DNA from: a virus
Length of the DNA stretch: 64,000 nucleotides
Strand: one strand, 5' to 3'
Virus record (IMG/VR): IMGVR_UViG_3300012953_006207
Location: 1-64,000 of that record
Shown: positions 39,497 to 48,455 of the stretch, piece after piece
How positions within the stretch are numbered: the first letter of the stretch is position 1
How the letters are laid out: every line of letters begins with the position of its first letter
Notes under the pieces: generated by a model
The model's input: the letters and a program-made list of their open reading frames with translations, nothing else
Told to the model about the DNA's origin: nothing
Databases searched by the model: none
Position numbers and translations under genes: made by a program

Positions 39497-39742
39497 ATGG
39501 CAGGAAACAAGAATTCAGGAAAGAAGAAGGGTGCTACGAGTTTTATTGCTATCCCTTTATGTAAGGTGGCAGAAGTGGTTATGCCTAACGCAGAGATTAT
39601 TGTATCGCGCAAGTGGGCAGAAGCTTTGGGTCTCGCTGACGCTGGCACAGCACGTAAGCTATCGATGAAACAAGGCACGGCAGAAAGCATGTCGAAGCCC
39701 ATTAATATTAATGAAAAAGAAATGGATGCAATCGACTTTTAG
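39497..39742 (+). CDS. Hypothetical protein (MAGNKNSGKKKG...)
   Basis: ATG 6 nt after the -10 of promoter 39462. Confidence 0.6.
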   Translation: MAGNKNSGKKKGATSFIAIPLCKVAEVVMPNAEIIVSRKWAEALGLADAGTARKLSMKQGTAESMSKPININEKEMDAIDF

Positions 39743-39780
39743 TCGTTGACCTTATTCCAGAAAAAGATAATACTCAGAAC

Positions 39781-40761
39781 ATGGACACAAACAAGTTATT
39801 CCCGAATGTTGTTGGCCAAAGCAAAGTGAAGCGCAAGCTCGCTTTTTACGCCAAAAATTACAAAGCGAACAGTCGCATTCCTCATCTGTTCTTTTCTGCG
39901 CCCAAGGGTGCAGGTAAGACTCATGTCGCTACGGCGATGAGTCGCTTGCTCGCCTCTCGCGAGAACGAGGGCAAGGCCAAGGTTTTGCGTACTGTCAACT
40001 GCTCTGAGTTCAAGGGCTTGGCAAAGTTCGTCAACGAGTTCCTTATTCCCAAGGTGGTTGACCAAGAGGTGACCGTGTTCTTTGACGAGTGTCACATGAT
40101 GCCCAAGCAAATCGCTAATGCATTGCTGACTATCCTCAACCCCAACAAGGATAGGCGTACTCAGTATTCCTACGAGGATTTCGACATGGACTTCGATTTC
40201 ACTCGTCAGTCTTTCATGATGGCGACCACCGAATACGACAAGGTATTCGAACCTTTGAAGTCTCGGTTCACTGAGATTACTCTCCAAGAGTACTCGTTGG
40301 AGGAGTTGGGCAAGATTGTCTCCTATAACCTTGATGGTTATGATTTCGAGGATGGCGTGTTGGAGGACATCGCCAGCGTTACCCGTGGCAATGCTCGCAC
40401 GGCAACCACTCTGGCCGACGACATCAAAGACAATTTGGATATGCTCGGCACTACTGAGTTGACCAATGACATCTGGGATTACTTCAAGTACGCCCACAAC
40501 TTGAATCCGCTCGGCTTGTTCGAACGCGAGATTGGCGTACTCAACGTCCTTAACGAGAATCATCCGTCTCCGGTCAGCGTGTCTTTTGTTTGCGCTAATG
40601 TTGGAGATACCCTCGGCACTGTTCAGAATTACGAGAGGATGCTTATGAAGAATGGCCTCATGGAACGTGAGAATAACTGCCAGCGGTTAATTACCGCCAA
40701 AGGTCGCGATTACCTCACCAACCTAGAGGAGATAACCCAAAAGAATAAAGCATATGCATAA
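39781..40761 (+). CDS. ruvB: RuvB-like Holliday-junction AAA+ ATPase
   Basis: VGQ..VK..L, HLFFSAPKGAGKT, FFDECH, ATTE, PLKSRF, YS.EEL..IV, RG.AR.A, and C-terminal winged helix (YE..L...GL.ER....R..T.KG). Confidence 0.85.
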   Translation: MDTNKLFPNVVGQSKVKRKLAFYAKNYKANSRIPHLFFSAPKGAGKTHVATAMSRLLASRENEGKAKVLRTVNCSEFKGLAKFVNEFLIPKVVDQEVTVFFDECHMMPKQIANALLTILNPNKDRRTQYSYEDFDMDFDFTRQSFMMATTEYDKVFEPLKSRFTEITLQEYSLEELGKIVSYNLDGYDFEDGVLEDIASVTRGNARTATTLADDIKDNLDMLGTTELTNDIWDYFKYAHNLNPLGLFEREIGVLNVLNENHPSPVSVSFVCANVGDTLGTVQNYERMLMKNGLMERENNCQRLITAKGRDYLTNLEEITQKNKAYA

Positions 40762-40820
40762 AGACTGTACTGCATAGCAAGCGCGTTATAATTCGGGTTG
40801 TGCGCGTTTGTGTCCTAAGG

Positions 40821-40856
40821 CCCCACTTGAGATTGTCTGCTCAGGTGGGGTTTTTT
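40821..40856 (+). terminator. Rho-independent terminator
   Basis: CCCCACTTGAG...CTCAGGTGGGG-TTTTTT. Confidence 0.8.
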
Positions 40857-40895
40857 AATTTGACGTTTGCCGTGCGTGGTATTAAATTTTTTGAA

Positions 40896-41141
40896 ATGGA
40901 AACGATCATCACAAAGAGGAAGAAGAATCGATCAGATCACATTCATTCCAAAGTTAAAAACGTTTACAAAGTAATTATTGTTGAGCACGAGGGAGAGATG
41001 TGGGAAGTAGAGGAATGCCATAAGCTGAAAACAAATTTAGAAGATTTCAAAATCTCTCGCCAAGGGAAGTGGAGAAAAGTGGATAAGAGGAAGTTTACCG
41101 CTAATACTATTAATGATATAGATTGTTATCGAACTCGTTAA
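40896..41141 (+). CDS. Hypothetical protein
   Basis: TTGACG-17-TAAATT-7 nt-ATG. Confidence 0.55.
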   Translation: METIITKRKKNRSDHIHSKVKNVYKVIIVEHEGEMWEVEECHKLKTNLEDFKISRQGKWRKVDKRKFTANTINDIDCYRTR

Positions 41142-41170
41142 TTTCTCACAGCGTCACCTCACCCACCACA

Positions 41171-41204
41171 AAGTAGGGACCTTAATTGGTCCCTGCTTTC
41201 TTTT
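41171..41204 (+). terminator. Rho-independent terminator
   Basis: AAGTAGGGACC-TTAATT-GGTCCCTGCTT followed by a T-tract. Confidence 0.7.
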
Positions 41205-41355
41205 GTAGGTGTATATATACTCGATGGTAAGAGTACACTTTGACAGGTTATGTCTCGCTTAATTGCCAACCAACTAGACCATCAATAAGATCAAAATAAT
41301 CCATTTTTCCCAAATAAAGCAAATAAGGCAAATAAGTATTTTTTAGTGTTGACTT

Positions 41356-41425
41356 CCCCCCCCAGACCCCCGTGTCATCAGCCAAGGCTTGGCCAATGAC
41401 GTGGGGTCCCCAATTTTGCGTCAAG
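41356..41425 (+). repeat. GC-rich hairpin element copy 1 (arm A left, arm B right)
   Basis: C8-AGACCCCCG-TGTCAT-CAGCCAAGGCT-TGGCCAATGACG-TGGGGTCCCCAATTTTGCGTCAAG. Confidence 0.9.
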
Positions 41426-41561
41426 TATAAAAGCGGTATTTCATGCAGAAAAAAAAGTACTTATAACGCAAAAAAAACCTTGGCCTAAATCCAGAAATTG
41501 ATTAATCTAAGTACAGAGTTAAGAGACACAACAAAGAAACAAGAAAGCGAGAATACATATT

Positions 41562-42488
41562 ATGCCTATCCTAAAACAAACCACTTCCGACTTCGACTAC
41601 AACGTGGCTACCGTGCCGACTTACGTCAAAGACCCTCACACGGGCGAGTTCATTCGCACCGGAGTCCACGCCAACCAGCGACAAGATGACGGGCGCGTGG
41701 TCGGCCCTATCGTTTCGCATCGTTACGGGCTTGCCCAGAATAGCGATGTCATCAACATTGGCGAAGCTGCCATGCGTAACGCTGGCTTGCCGATGGATTC
41801 GGTGGAACGTAACGTGTCCGTGTACGGTGACGGCGAACGTATGCGCGTCACTTGGGATTTCCGCGACCAAACCAAGGCCGTGCGCGTTGAAGACCGCAAG
41901 GTCGGTGATGAGTTGGGCTTGCGCTTGTCACTGCAAAACTCCTTCAACCGCGAGACGAAGCTCTCGCTTAACCTTGGCTTGCTTCGCCTTGTTTGCTCCA
42001 ATGGCATGACAGCCTTGGACAACGAGTTCGGGCTTTCCCAGAAGCATAACTCCAAGTTGAACCTCGGCGCGATGTCCAGCGCATTGTCTCGCGCTTTGGA
42101 GTCGTTCAACTCCGGTGCTGCTACCGAGGTTTTCCACTTGCTCGCCTCCAAAGAGGTCGAACAGGAACAGGGACTCATTGCCCTGCAAAACATGGTCAAC
42201 GACAAGTTGTTCAGCGAACGCACTCGCAAGGGCATTGCCGAAATTTGGAATGCTCCAACCTTCGACGAAGACGGTGACCGCAACCTGTACAACCTGTACA
42301 ACGCGGGTACTCAGTACCTCACGCACTCCATCGCGGACAATCGCCGTGAACTTGCGGAGAAGACTTCGCGCCGACTGCTCACCACGCTGAACACGGCGGT
42401 GCGTTCCGAGGCAAACCTGACAACCCTCATCACTCCGCGCAAGACGCTGCAAGTGGTCGAGACTGTCGAGGACTCCCTCGCCATCTAA
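41562..42488 (+). CDS. DUF932 (DUF945)-family protein
   Basis: VS.RY...QN, L.NSFN, LGLLRLVCSNGM, KH, NLYNLYNA.T.Y.TH; GC-rich, C-ending codons. Confidence 0.85.
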   Translation: MPILKQTTSDFDYNVATVPTYVKDPHTGEFIRTGVHANQRQDDGRVVGPIVSHRYGLAQNSDVINIGEAAMRNAGLPMDSVERNVSVYGDGERMRVTWDFRDQTKAVRVEDRKVGDELGLRLSLQNSFNRETKLSLNLGLLRLVCSNGMTALDNEFGLSQKHNSKLNLGAMSSALSRALESFNSGAATEVFHLLASKEVEQEQGLIALQNMVNDKLFSERTRKGIAEIWNAPTFDEDGDRNLYNLYNAGTQYLTHSIADNRRELAEKTSRRLLTTLNTAVRSEANLTTLITPRKTLQVVETVEDSLAI

Positions 42489-42507
42489 GGGTAGGCTACC
42501 CAACCCA

Positions 42508-42557
42508 CAAATCCCTCGCCCTCTCCCCCATCCACGGGGGCGGGGGATTTTTTTTGT
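42508..42557 (+). terminator. Rho-independent terminator
   Basis: AAATCCCTCGCCCTC...GGGGGCGGGGGATTT followed by a T-tract. Confidence 0.75.
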
Positions 42558-42720
42558 ATTAATTAAATGCTTTTATTAGCGCGTCATTTCTGAGCGACAA
42601 ATCAATTTGCCAACCAAAAAACGCAGAAAGTGATCGGCAAGTTTTCGTGAAAAGGGGGGTTTTCTCGTGTGCGAAATTCGCCCGAAATACGAAATCTTCA
42701 CGGGCTGTTGACAAGAAAAG

Positions 42721-42789
42721 CTTGACGGCAAATTGGGGACCCCATGTCATTAGCCAAGATTTGGCCAATGACGCGGGGGTCTGGGGGGG
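42721..42789 (+). repeat. Hairpin element copy 2 (arm B left, arm A right)
   Basis: CTTGACGGCAAATTGGGGACCCCA-TGTCAT-TAGCCAAGATT-TGGCCAATGACG-CGGGGGTCTGGGGGGG. Confidence 0.9.
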
Positions 42790-42862
42790 CATGGAACTTG
42801 CTCATTAAAAAAAATGCTTTTCCTGTATTGACTTATTCCAAGAATTAAACGATATTTAGGTT

Positions 42863-43072
42863 ATGGACGCTTTCAGAATCGCATTGGACACCAAAAGAAG
42901 GCATGGGTACAACTATCAAAATGGACGGTGGATTCGTGGCTTTCAACACAACGGAACTGCGGATGATGAAATTCGTTGGATGAAATGGCAAAGACTAGAA
43001 AAAGCATTGCGAACGATAGATGAAAACACTTCTTACGAGGACATAATTAAAAAAGTGATGGGAGGCGAGTAA
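42863..43072 (+). CDS. Hypothetical early protein
   Basis: ATG 6 nt after the -10 of promoter 42828. Confidence 0.6.
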   Translation: MDAFRIALDTKRRHGYNYQNGRWIRGFQHNGTADDEIRWMKWQRLEKALRTIDENTSYEDIIKKVMGGE

Positions 43073-43623
43073 TGAGTTTTAATGATGATAAAAAAGAAAT
43101 TCAAGAACGAGTCATAGACTTAATTGATAAAACGAATGATAAGTTTGGCTTGGGCATGGCGTACCCGACTATCACCTACGACCTAAAAGGTACGGTGGCG
43201 GGTCAGGCATTCTATTATGAGAATAAGTTGAGACTTAATTCTATAGCACTTAAAAAGTACCGCGAACATTTTATTGAACAAACTGTTGGGCATGAAGTTG
43301 CTCACCTCACTGCGTTCAAACGACACGGCGGTGGGATTTCTCCTCATGGAACCGAATGGAAGAACTTCATGAGATTCTTCCGTCTCCCACCAGACCGTTG
43401 CCATACTTATGATTTGCCATCCGCTCGCGGTGGGGGCAGGAAGCGATACGTTTGCCAGAGTTGCCCCAAAGAGTTTAGCCTCAGCACAATCAAACACAAC
43501 AGGTGGCTGCGCGGTGAAAGCAAGCTCAGTTGCCAACGGTGTGGTGGTAAAGTTGTGTGGGAAAACACAGTGCCACAAAAGAAAAAGCCCTCGGAAGTAG
43601 GAATGGACTTGATTGAATTCTAG
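43072..43623 (+). CDS. SprT-like zinc metalloprotease
   Basis: G.VAGQA, HEVAH (HExxH), PHG.EWK..M, C-terminal CxxC..CxxC zinc ribbon. Confidence 0.9.
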   Translation: MSFNDDKKEIQERVIDLIDKTNDKFGLGMAYPTITYDLKGTVAGQAFYYENKLRLNSIALKKYREHFIEQTVGHEVAHLTAFKRHGGGISPHGTEWKNFMRFFRLPPDRCHTYDLPSARGGGRKRYVCQSCPKEFSLSTIKHNRWLRGESKLSCQRCGGKVVWENTVPQKKKPSEVGMDLIEF

Positions 43624-43643
43624 AAATGGAATAGTATAAGATT

Positions 43644-43895
43644 ATGAGAATGAAAGAAGCAATTAACGGCAGACTAGTTTACAACCAGAAGCGCAACCAA
43701 GTGGAACGGATTCGCTCTACCAACCTCAACGGCTCGAGTCTGATGGTGTCTCGGCACGGCGATGACTTGATGGCAGCTAAGCTCTCAGACCTTAGGTATG
43801 CCACTCAGAACGAGGTTGATGTTTATAAGGCTGAGACTGCCGTCAACCAATCGATGCAAAACGGAATTGTCACACGCAACGGAGTGACAGTCTAA
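43644..43895 (+). CDS. Hypothetical protein
   Basis: TTGATT-17-TAGTAT-6 nt-ATG. Confidence 0.6.
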   Translation: MRMKEAINGRLVYNQKRNQVERIRSTNLNGSSLMVSRHGDDLMAAKLSDLRYATQNEVDVYKAETAVNQSMQNGIVTRNGVTV

Positions 43896-43908
43896 CTTTA
43901 CTCGCTCG

Positions 43909-43953
43909 GCGGGTGGAGGGTTTTTCCGCTGGCCCTCCGCCCGCTTTCTTTTT
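43909..43953 (+). terminator. Rho-independent terminator
   Basis: GCGGGTGGAGGG...CCCTCCGCCCGC-TTTCTTTTT. Confidence 0.75.
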
Positions 43954-44120
43954 CTGGACTTATTCTAAGAATTAGTGTAGATTGGAGTATGAAGAATGAA
44001 ACTATCTCACCAACGCAACAAGTACGGCTTCACCTAGGCTGTATATTTATACAACTTAAAAACAATCGGATGTCTAAGATTTGGTGGCATCTGAAAGGAA
44101 TAGTTCGCTCTTTAATCTAA

Positions 44121-44576
44121 ATGAAAAAAAATGCTATTTATATCACTCTTTTGTTTCTTAGTTTTGCTCTCAATGCTGGGAAGAAGGACCTGACAGACCA
44201 ACAAGTTGTAGCTCTCACGATTCTCGGGGAGGCGCGTGGAGAAGGGGCGGGGGGTATGTATGGCGTCGCCTGTGTTATAGCCGAACGCTCTATCAACTGG
44301 AAAAGGAACGGGCGCAAACAAACTCCCCGACAGGTATGTTTAGTAGACAAACAATTCGAATGTTGGAACAACGGAAAGATACCCAGCGAAAGATTACTTG
44401 ATACCCCACAAGGAAAGTATGCTCTTTATTTGGCTATGAATATAAAAAGAGTAGACCGTAGCTATGTAAACTTTGCTGACCATTTTTGTCATATCAAAAA
44501 AAATCCATATTGGGCGAGTGGACGCAAGCCAGTAGCTATCATAAAAAAACATAAGTTCTTCAAACTCAGGGGTTGA
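44121..44576 (+). CDS. SleB/CwlJ-like cell-wall hydrolase (Hydrolase_2) with signal peptide
   Basis: Signal peptide; ALTILGEARGE...G..GVA.VI..R, QF.CWN, PYWA, I..H.FF. Confidence 0.85.
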   Translation: MKKNAIYITLLFLSFALNAGKKDLTDQQVVALTILGEARGEGAGGMYGVACVIAERSINWKRNGRKQTPRQVCLVDKQFECWNNGKIPSERLLDTPQGKYALYLAMNIKRVDRSYVNFADHFCHIKKNPYWASGRKPVAIIKKHKFFKLRG

Positions 44577-44607
44577 CTTATTCCAAGAATTAACCGATAC
44601 TGAATAC

Positions 44608-44898
44608 ATGGTAAGCGGATTGGTTAAACTACAGGCTAAAGAGGACGCACGTTCTTCCACCAAAAAAAGCATCGAAAAGCACGGGCCGTGGTTCGTGGTT
44701 GCTCGCGATTTCGTGCGAGACACAAAAGGACGCTTGGGGTATTACGTTTACCCCGCCAACGATGTAACGAATCTGCTCATGCAAAGCATGGCCGACAAAC
44801 GCGCAGGGTGTGAGTCTGCGTTGCCCCATCTATGGTCGGGCGTTCTGCGTCACGACGAGTGCGAACTCCTCAAGGGTTCAGCGAATATGTACCCTTAA
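44608..44898 (+). CDS. Hypothetical early protein (paralog of 51753)
   Basis: VK..A...A...TK.....HGP.F. Confidence 0.6.
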   Translation: MVSGLVKLQAKEDARSSTKKSIEKHGPWFVVARDFVRDTKGRLGYYVYPANDVTNLLMQSMADKRAGCESALPHLWSGVLRHDECELLKGSANMYP

Positions 44899-44942
44899 TT
44901 GCGTTGACTTATTCCAACAATTAACCCATAATTAGAAATCTT

Positions 44943-45296
44943 ATGAAAGCGGAACCATTAAAATCAAATCACTACAACCAAGCTCAAGAACTTGGTATAA
45001 CTAAAATCGTTCTCGAATGGTCGGGAGGAAGCGACGAGGGGCATCTCCATGTTTCTACTCAAGTAGCCGACAGGTTGGACGAAATCTCTGACGAGAAGCG
45101 TAAAACGATATATAGACTTGAAAGCGACATTGAGGAGTGGGGTTATGACGTTTACGAATATAGTGGCGCGGGTGACGGCAATCCCTACGGAGACACAATT
45201 AAGTACGACCTTGTAAAAGGTACAGTCTCAACTGTGGAATGGTATACCAAAGAAGTCTACGACGAACCAGAAACTTTCACCTTGTCCGTTGATTAG
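44943..45296 (+). CDS. DUF6878-like protein
   Basis: GIT.I..EWSGGSDEG...GAGDG..YG.TI..D. Confidence 0.6.
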   Translation: MKAEPLKSNHYNQAQELGITKIVLEWSGGSDEGHLHVSTQVADRLDEISDEKRKTIYRLESDIEEWGYDVYEYSGAGDGNPYGDTIKYDLVKGTVSTVEWYTKEVYDEPETFTLSVD

Positions 45297-45298
45297 AC

Positions 45299-45655
45299 AT
45301 GACGCCTTGGAAACACGCTGAATCCTCTGTTGCCCGATGGGGTGGAGAACCTACTGACTACGTTGCTCTGCATGATTGGTTTGATGAGACAAAGCAATTC
45401 ACTGGTGATTGGACTCATCGCGCATTGCGTCACCACTCTGCGGGTATTCAATGGGCCGTTGAAAGGTTTGGACACGCCATAAGAAACTCAAAGGGTAAAC
45501 TTATACCAACTAAAGCACTTGCGGAACAGCACGTTACAGAGGACTGCGGATTCATTCCGACACCACAAGATTGGCTCATGCAAGTTAAAGTGAATCCAGA
45601 CCCTTGGATGTTAAAAGTTAAAACTAAAAGCGTAACAAAATTGGAAGTAAAATGA
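45299..45655 (+). CDS. DUF6915-like His-rich protein
   Basis: P..HA.SS..RWGG...DY..LH.WFD.TK, HRALRHH..GI, AEQHV.ED.G.IP...DWL. Confidence 0.75.
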   Translation: MTPWKHAESSVARWGGEPTDYVALHDWFDETKQFTGDWTHRALRHHSAGIQWAVERFGHAIRNSKGKLIPTKALAEQHVTEDCGFIPTPQDWLMQVKVNPDPWMLKVKTKSVTKLEVK

Positions 45656-45825
45656 AAAGATACTCAGTAAAAATTAGAGAGGTACACGAACAGCAGATAT
45701 TTGTATCAGCTAAAGATGCAGATGACGCCAAAGAAAAAGCTGCCGAAGGAGTAGGGGATTTAGCTAATGGTACAGAGTTTTTGTATGCGCTGGATTCAGA
45801 CACTTGGGAAGTAGAGGAGGACTAA
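45652..45825 (+). CDS. 57-aa hypothetical protein (DpnD/PcfM-like pattern)
   Basis: MKRYSVKIREVHEQQIFVSAKDADDAKEKA...EED; hand-translated. Confidence 0.6.
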   Translation: MKRYSVKIREVHEQQIFVSAKDADDAKEKAAEGVGDLANGTEFLYALDSDTWEVEED

Positions 45826-45987
45826 ATGACCAAAGAAGAAGTCAGAGAACAAATCCAAGAGGACATAATTACCTATCTTGAAGGCTTGCCATCTGGGTGG
45901 CTGATGGGGTTTGAGAAAATGCCTCAAGAGGAAATTGATGCACTTTGCCAAATCGTAGTAGACAACTTTAAGAAATTGGAGGACTAA
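45826..45987 (+). CDS. 53-aa acidic hypothetical protein
   Basis: GGAGGACTAAATG junction; MTKEEVREQIQEDI...LED. Confidence 0.6.
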   Translation: MTKEEVREQIQEDIITYLEGLPSGWLMGFEKMPQEEIDALCQIVVDNFKKLED

Positions 45988-45990
45988 ATT

Positions 45991-46164
45991 ATGAAATACA
46001 AAGTACCAGTTAGTTGGCAGATGTACGGTCACGTTACCGTAGAAGCAGATACGCTTGAACACGCAGCAAAAATTGCTGAATCAGACATGGGTATTGGCTT
46101 GCCTGACAATGGTGAGTATGTAGAATCATCATGGGAAGTGGATTGGGCGGTATTGGAGGACTAA
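45991..46164 (+). CDS. 57-aa hypothetical protein (DpnD/PcfM-like pattern)
   Basis: MKYKVPVSWQMYGHVTVEADTLEHA...LED. Confidence 0.6.
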   Translation: MKYKVPVSWQMYGHVTVEADTLEHAAKIAESDMGIGLPDNGEYVESSWEVDWAVLED

Positions 46165-46332
46165 ATGAAAACATCAGAAAGAACAGAACAACTTGCCCGT
46201 GACATGGTTGATTCATGGGATGACAAAGACTTGTATAGTTTTGCGGTAGACATGGTAACAGAGAACCTTGAGAAGTGCGACGAGGAAGAATTTAAGTCTG
46301 AATGGAATAACTATTACGGAGAGGATGCATAA
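46165..46332 (+). CDS. 55-aa acidic protein (paralog of 31587)
   Basis: GGAGGACTAAATG junction; LARDMVDSW...EEFKSEWNNY. Confidence 0.6.
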   Translation: MKTSERTEQLARDMVDSWDDKDLYSFAVDMVTENLEKCDEEEFKSEWNNYYGEDA

Positions 46333-46532
46333 TGGAACATAATCACAAACAAGACCAACACGATAGAATAATGATTAACCGAATCAAGGACGACCTTGAG
46401 GATTGGTTGACTACTCATGGAGAAATCACAATGGGCAGCGAGATGGTTAAAGATGTTCACCGACTCATTGACGAATCGGTGCATCGCACCAAACTCATGC
46501 GAAAGGATTGGATGAAGCCAGACAGAAGTTAA
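46332..46532 (+). CDS. Hypothetical early protein
   Basis: TAATG coupling. Confidence 0.55.
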   Translation: MEHNHKQDQHDRIMINRIKDDLEDWLTTHGEITMGSEMVKDVHRLIDESVHRTKLMRKDWMKPDRS

Positions 46533-46592
46533 AGTCATAGCCAAATAAATTTGCCCATTTAAATAAATATAAATAAATAATAATCCCCTTCA

Positions 46593-46658
46593 CCCCCCCA
46601 GACCCCCGTGTCATCATCCAGATGGCCAATGACGTGGGGTCCCCATTTTTGAGTCAAG
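46593..46658 (+). repeat. Hairpin element copy 3 (A left, B right)
   Basis: C7-AGACCCCCG-TGTCAT-CATCCAGA-TGGCCAATGACG-TGGGGTCCCCATTTTTGAGTCAAG. Confidence 0.9.
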
Positions 46659-46852
46659 CCTAAAGTGAGGAATTTTTTTAGAAAAAGTGCCTCTGAGGCA
46701 TTGACTTTTTCTAGTAATTGAATTAGATTGGTTGAAGATGAACGACGCGGAAAGAGTAGCACAGGACAAACGGATTTTAGAATGGTGGAGGCTCACAAAG
46801 AATTTATCAAGTAGGACAGCGGATGTCCCACCTCCCGTGGTAGGGTATGCAT

Positions 46853-46987
46853 ATGAAAAAAAACAAGAAACAACCGAAGGCGCGAGTGAATCCCGAAGGC
46901 TACATGGGCAGCGCATCGCGTGAGCATAAAGTGAAGAAGGGCAAAGGCTCTTACAAGCGGAACAAAAAAATTAACCCAGAGGACTAA
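46853..46987 (+). CDS. ArfA-like 44-aa ribosome-rescue peptide
   Basis: MKKNKKQPKARVNPEGYMGSASREHKVKKGKGSYKRNKKINPED contains the ArfA KKGKGSYxR motif; has its own promoter. Confidence 0.6.
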   Translation: MKKNKKQPKARVNPEGYMGSASREHKVKKGKGSYKRNKKINPED

Positions 46988-46994
46988 AAAGATT

Positions 46995-47411
46995 ATGAGT
47001 AAAACAAGTGTTCAAAAATGCGGAACCAACTGGCGCGTGATTCTCACAGGAGACGCCCAAGCAATCGAAACCAAACATTGGTCAATGTTCAATCATGGCG
47101 CGACAAGCTCCGACCTCGAATGGGAAACGGCAAATTGCGCGTGGTTCTGGTCTACTCCTGAAAAGATTTTGAAAGCGTTTACCAACGCGCATCTTTTCTC
47201 ATACTTGAATCAATTTGATTTGATAGGAGACGAACCAGAAGTGGCAGGGCATGAAGCAAAAGCTCACAATGACGCAAAGCAGGAATTTTTTGCGATGGGG
47301 AATATGCCTAGCTTCAAGCCGTTTCGCTCTGTTTCAATCCTGAATTTGGATTGCTTCGCGATGGGTACGGGTTCGGCTCGTGCTGAAAAAATGGCAGTAG
47401 AAACCAAGTAA
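46995..47411 (+). CDS. Hypothetical early protein
   Basis: GAGG SD; protein-like ORF. Confidence 0.6.
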   Translation: MSKTSVQKCGTNWRVILTGDAQAIETKHWSMFNHGATSSDLEWETANCAWFWSTPEKILKAFTNAHLFSYLNQFDLIGDEPEVAGHEAKAHNDAKQEFFAMGNMPSFKPFRSVSILNLDCFAMGTGSARAEKMAVETK

Positions 47412-47430
47412 AGAAAAAGGTTTATTTGAT

Positions 47431-48183
47431 ATGAAAATTCTCTCTATCGATGCAGACGCAAAAACCGTTAAAGGTCTCAAGAAAGGCTATCGCACTGCGA
47501 TTAGCTACCTTGCGCCCAGTAACGCCAGCGGTGTAATGAATACTTGCCCAAGTGCAAGCAAAGGGTGTCGGGCTGCTTGTCTTTACGGGGCAGGTCGTGC
47601 CAAGTTCACGCCATCAATTCCAAAGGCGCGAATCAACAAAACAAAGTTTTTTCATTCCGACCCTGTAGGCTACGGCCAGCAGCTTTACAAGGAATTAAAA
47701 GCTCACCAGAAAAGCTCTGCGCGTAAAGGCTTAACACCTACCGTGCGCCTCAACGGAACAAGCGATATTGCTTGGGAGGATTTCATTCTAGAGGAAACGG
47801 GGAAAAACGTTTTTGAATCTTTCCCCGATTTACAATTTTATGACTATACCAAGCGGACAAACCGCGTTGCGGATTATGCAGACGGCAAGCTTCCGAAAAA
47901 TTACCACCTCACGTTTTCAAAGAGTGAAAACACCAGCGACGAACAAGTTGCAAAGATTCTGGGTTGGGGTGTCAACGTTGCGGTAGTCTACGCAAACGAA
48001 TTGCCCGAAGCTGACTTTGACGGTTGGCAGGTTATCAATGGCGACGAAAACGATTTACGCTTCCTCGACCCCATCGGCGTTGTTGTTGGTCTAAAGTATA
48101 AAAAGACTTCAGCAACTGAGGAGGACAAAAACGGATTTGTTCGCGAGTTGAAATTTGCAAACGCAGTTCTTGAGACTGCATAA
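47431..48183 (+). CDS. GP88-like phage protein
   Basis: CP.AS.GC.AACL...GR, VRLNGTSDI, QFYDYTK, NYHLTFS, GD..DLRFLDP..VVVGLK.K. Confidence 0.8.
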   Translation: MKILSIDADAKTVKGLKKGYRTAISYLAPSNASGVMNTCPSASKGCRAACLYGAGRAKFTPSIPKARINKTKFFHSDPVGYGQQLYKELKAHQKSSARKGLTPTVRLNGTSDIAWEDFILEETGKNVFESFPDLQFYDYTKRTNRVADYADGKLPKNYHLTFSKSENTSDEQVAKILGWGVNVAVVYANELPEADFDGWQVINGDENDLRFLDPIGVVVGLKYKKTSATEEDKNGFVRELKFANAVLETA

Positions 48184-48290
48184 CAAAAAACCGAAAGGAA
48201 AAAAAATGCTATGGATAACGTTATCTATCATATCAGCCGTAGTACTTTGTAAATTGGTATCAAAATAAAAAAATAAAATAATAGCTCCCC

Positions 48291-48364
48291 CTTGACAGGG
48301 GGGGCAAATTGGGGACCCCATGTCATTAGCCGAACACGGCCAATGACGCGGGGGTGTGGGGGGG
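48291..48364 (+). repeat. Hairpin element copy 4 (B left, A right)
   Basis: CTTGAC...AAATTGGGGACCCCA-TGTCAT-TAGCCGAACA-CGGCCAATGACG-CGGGGGTGTGGGGGGG. Confidence 0.9.
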
Positions 48365-48455
48365 TACAGAACTTGCTTCGGAACCATTTAAAAAAAAGAA
48401 AAAAAATGACCGTTAGGGGGTTGACTTATTCCAAGAAAGAGAGTAGATTAAGAGA

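Noticed and set aside
39796-42503. Long antisense ORFs opposite ruvB and DUF932 (255, 192, 191 aa) and 51827-52672(-)
   Set aside because: Shadow ORFs expected from GC-rich, strongly biased codon use on the + strand; no motifs or promoters.
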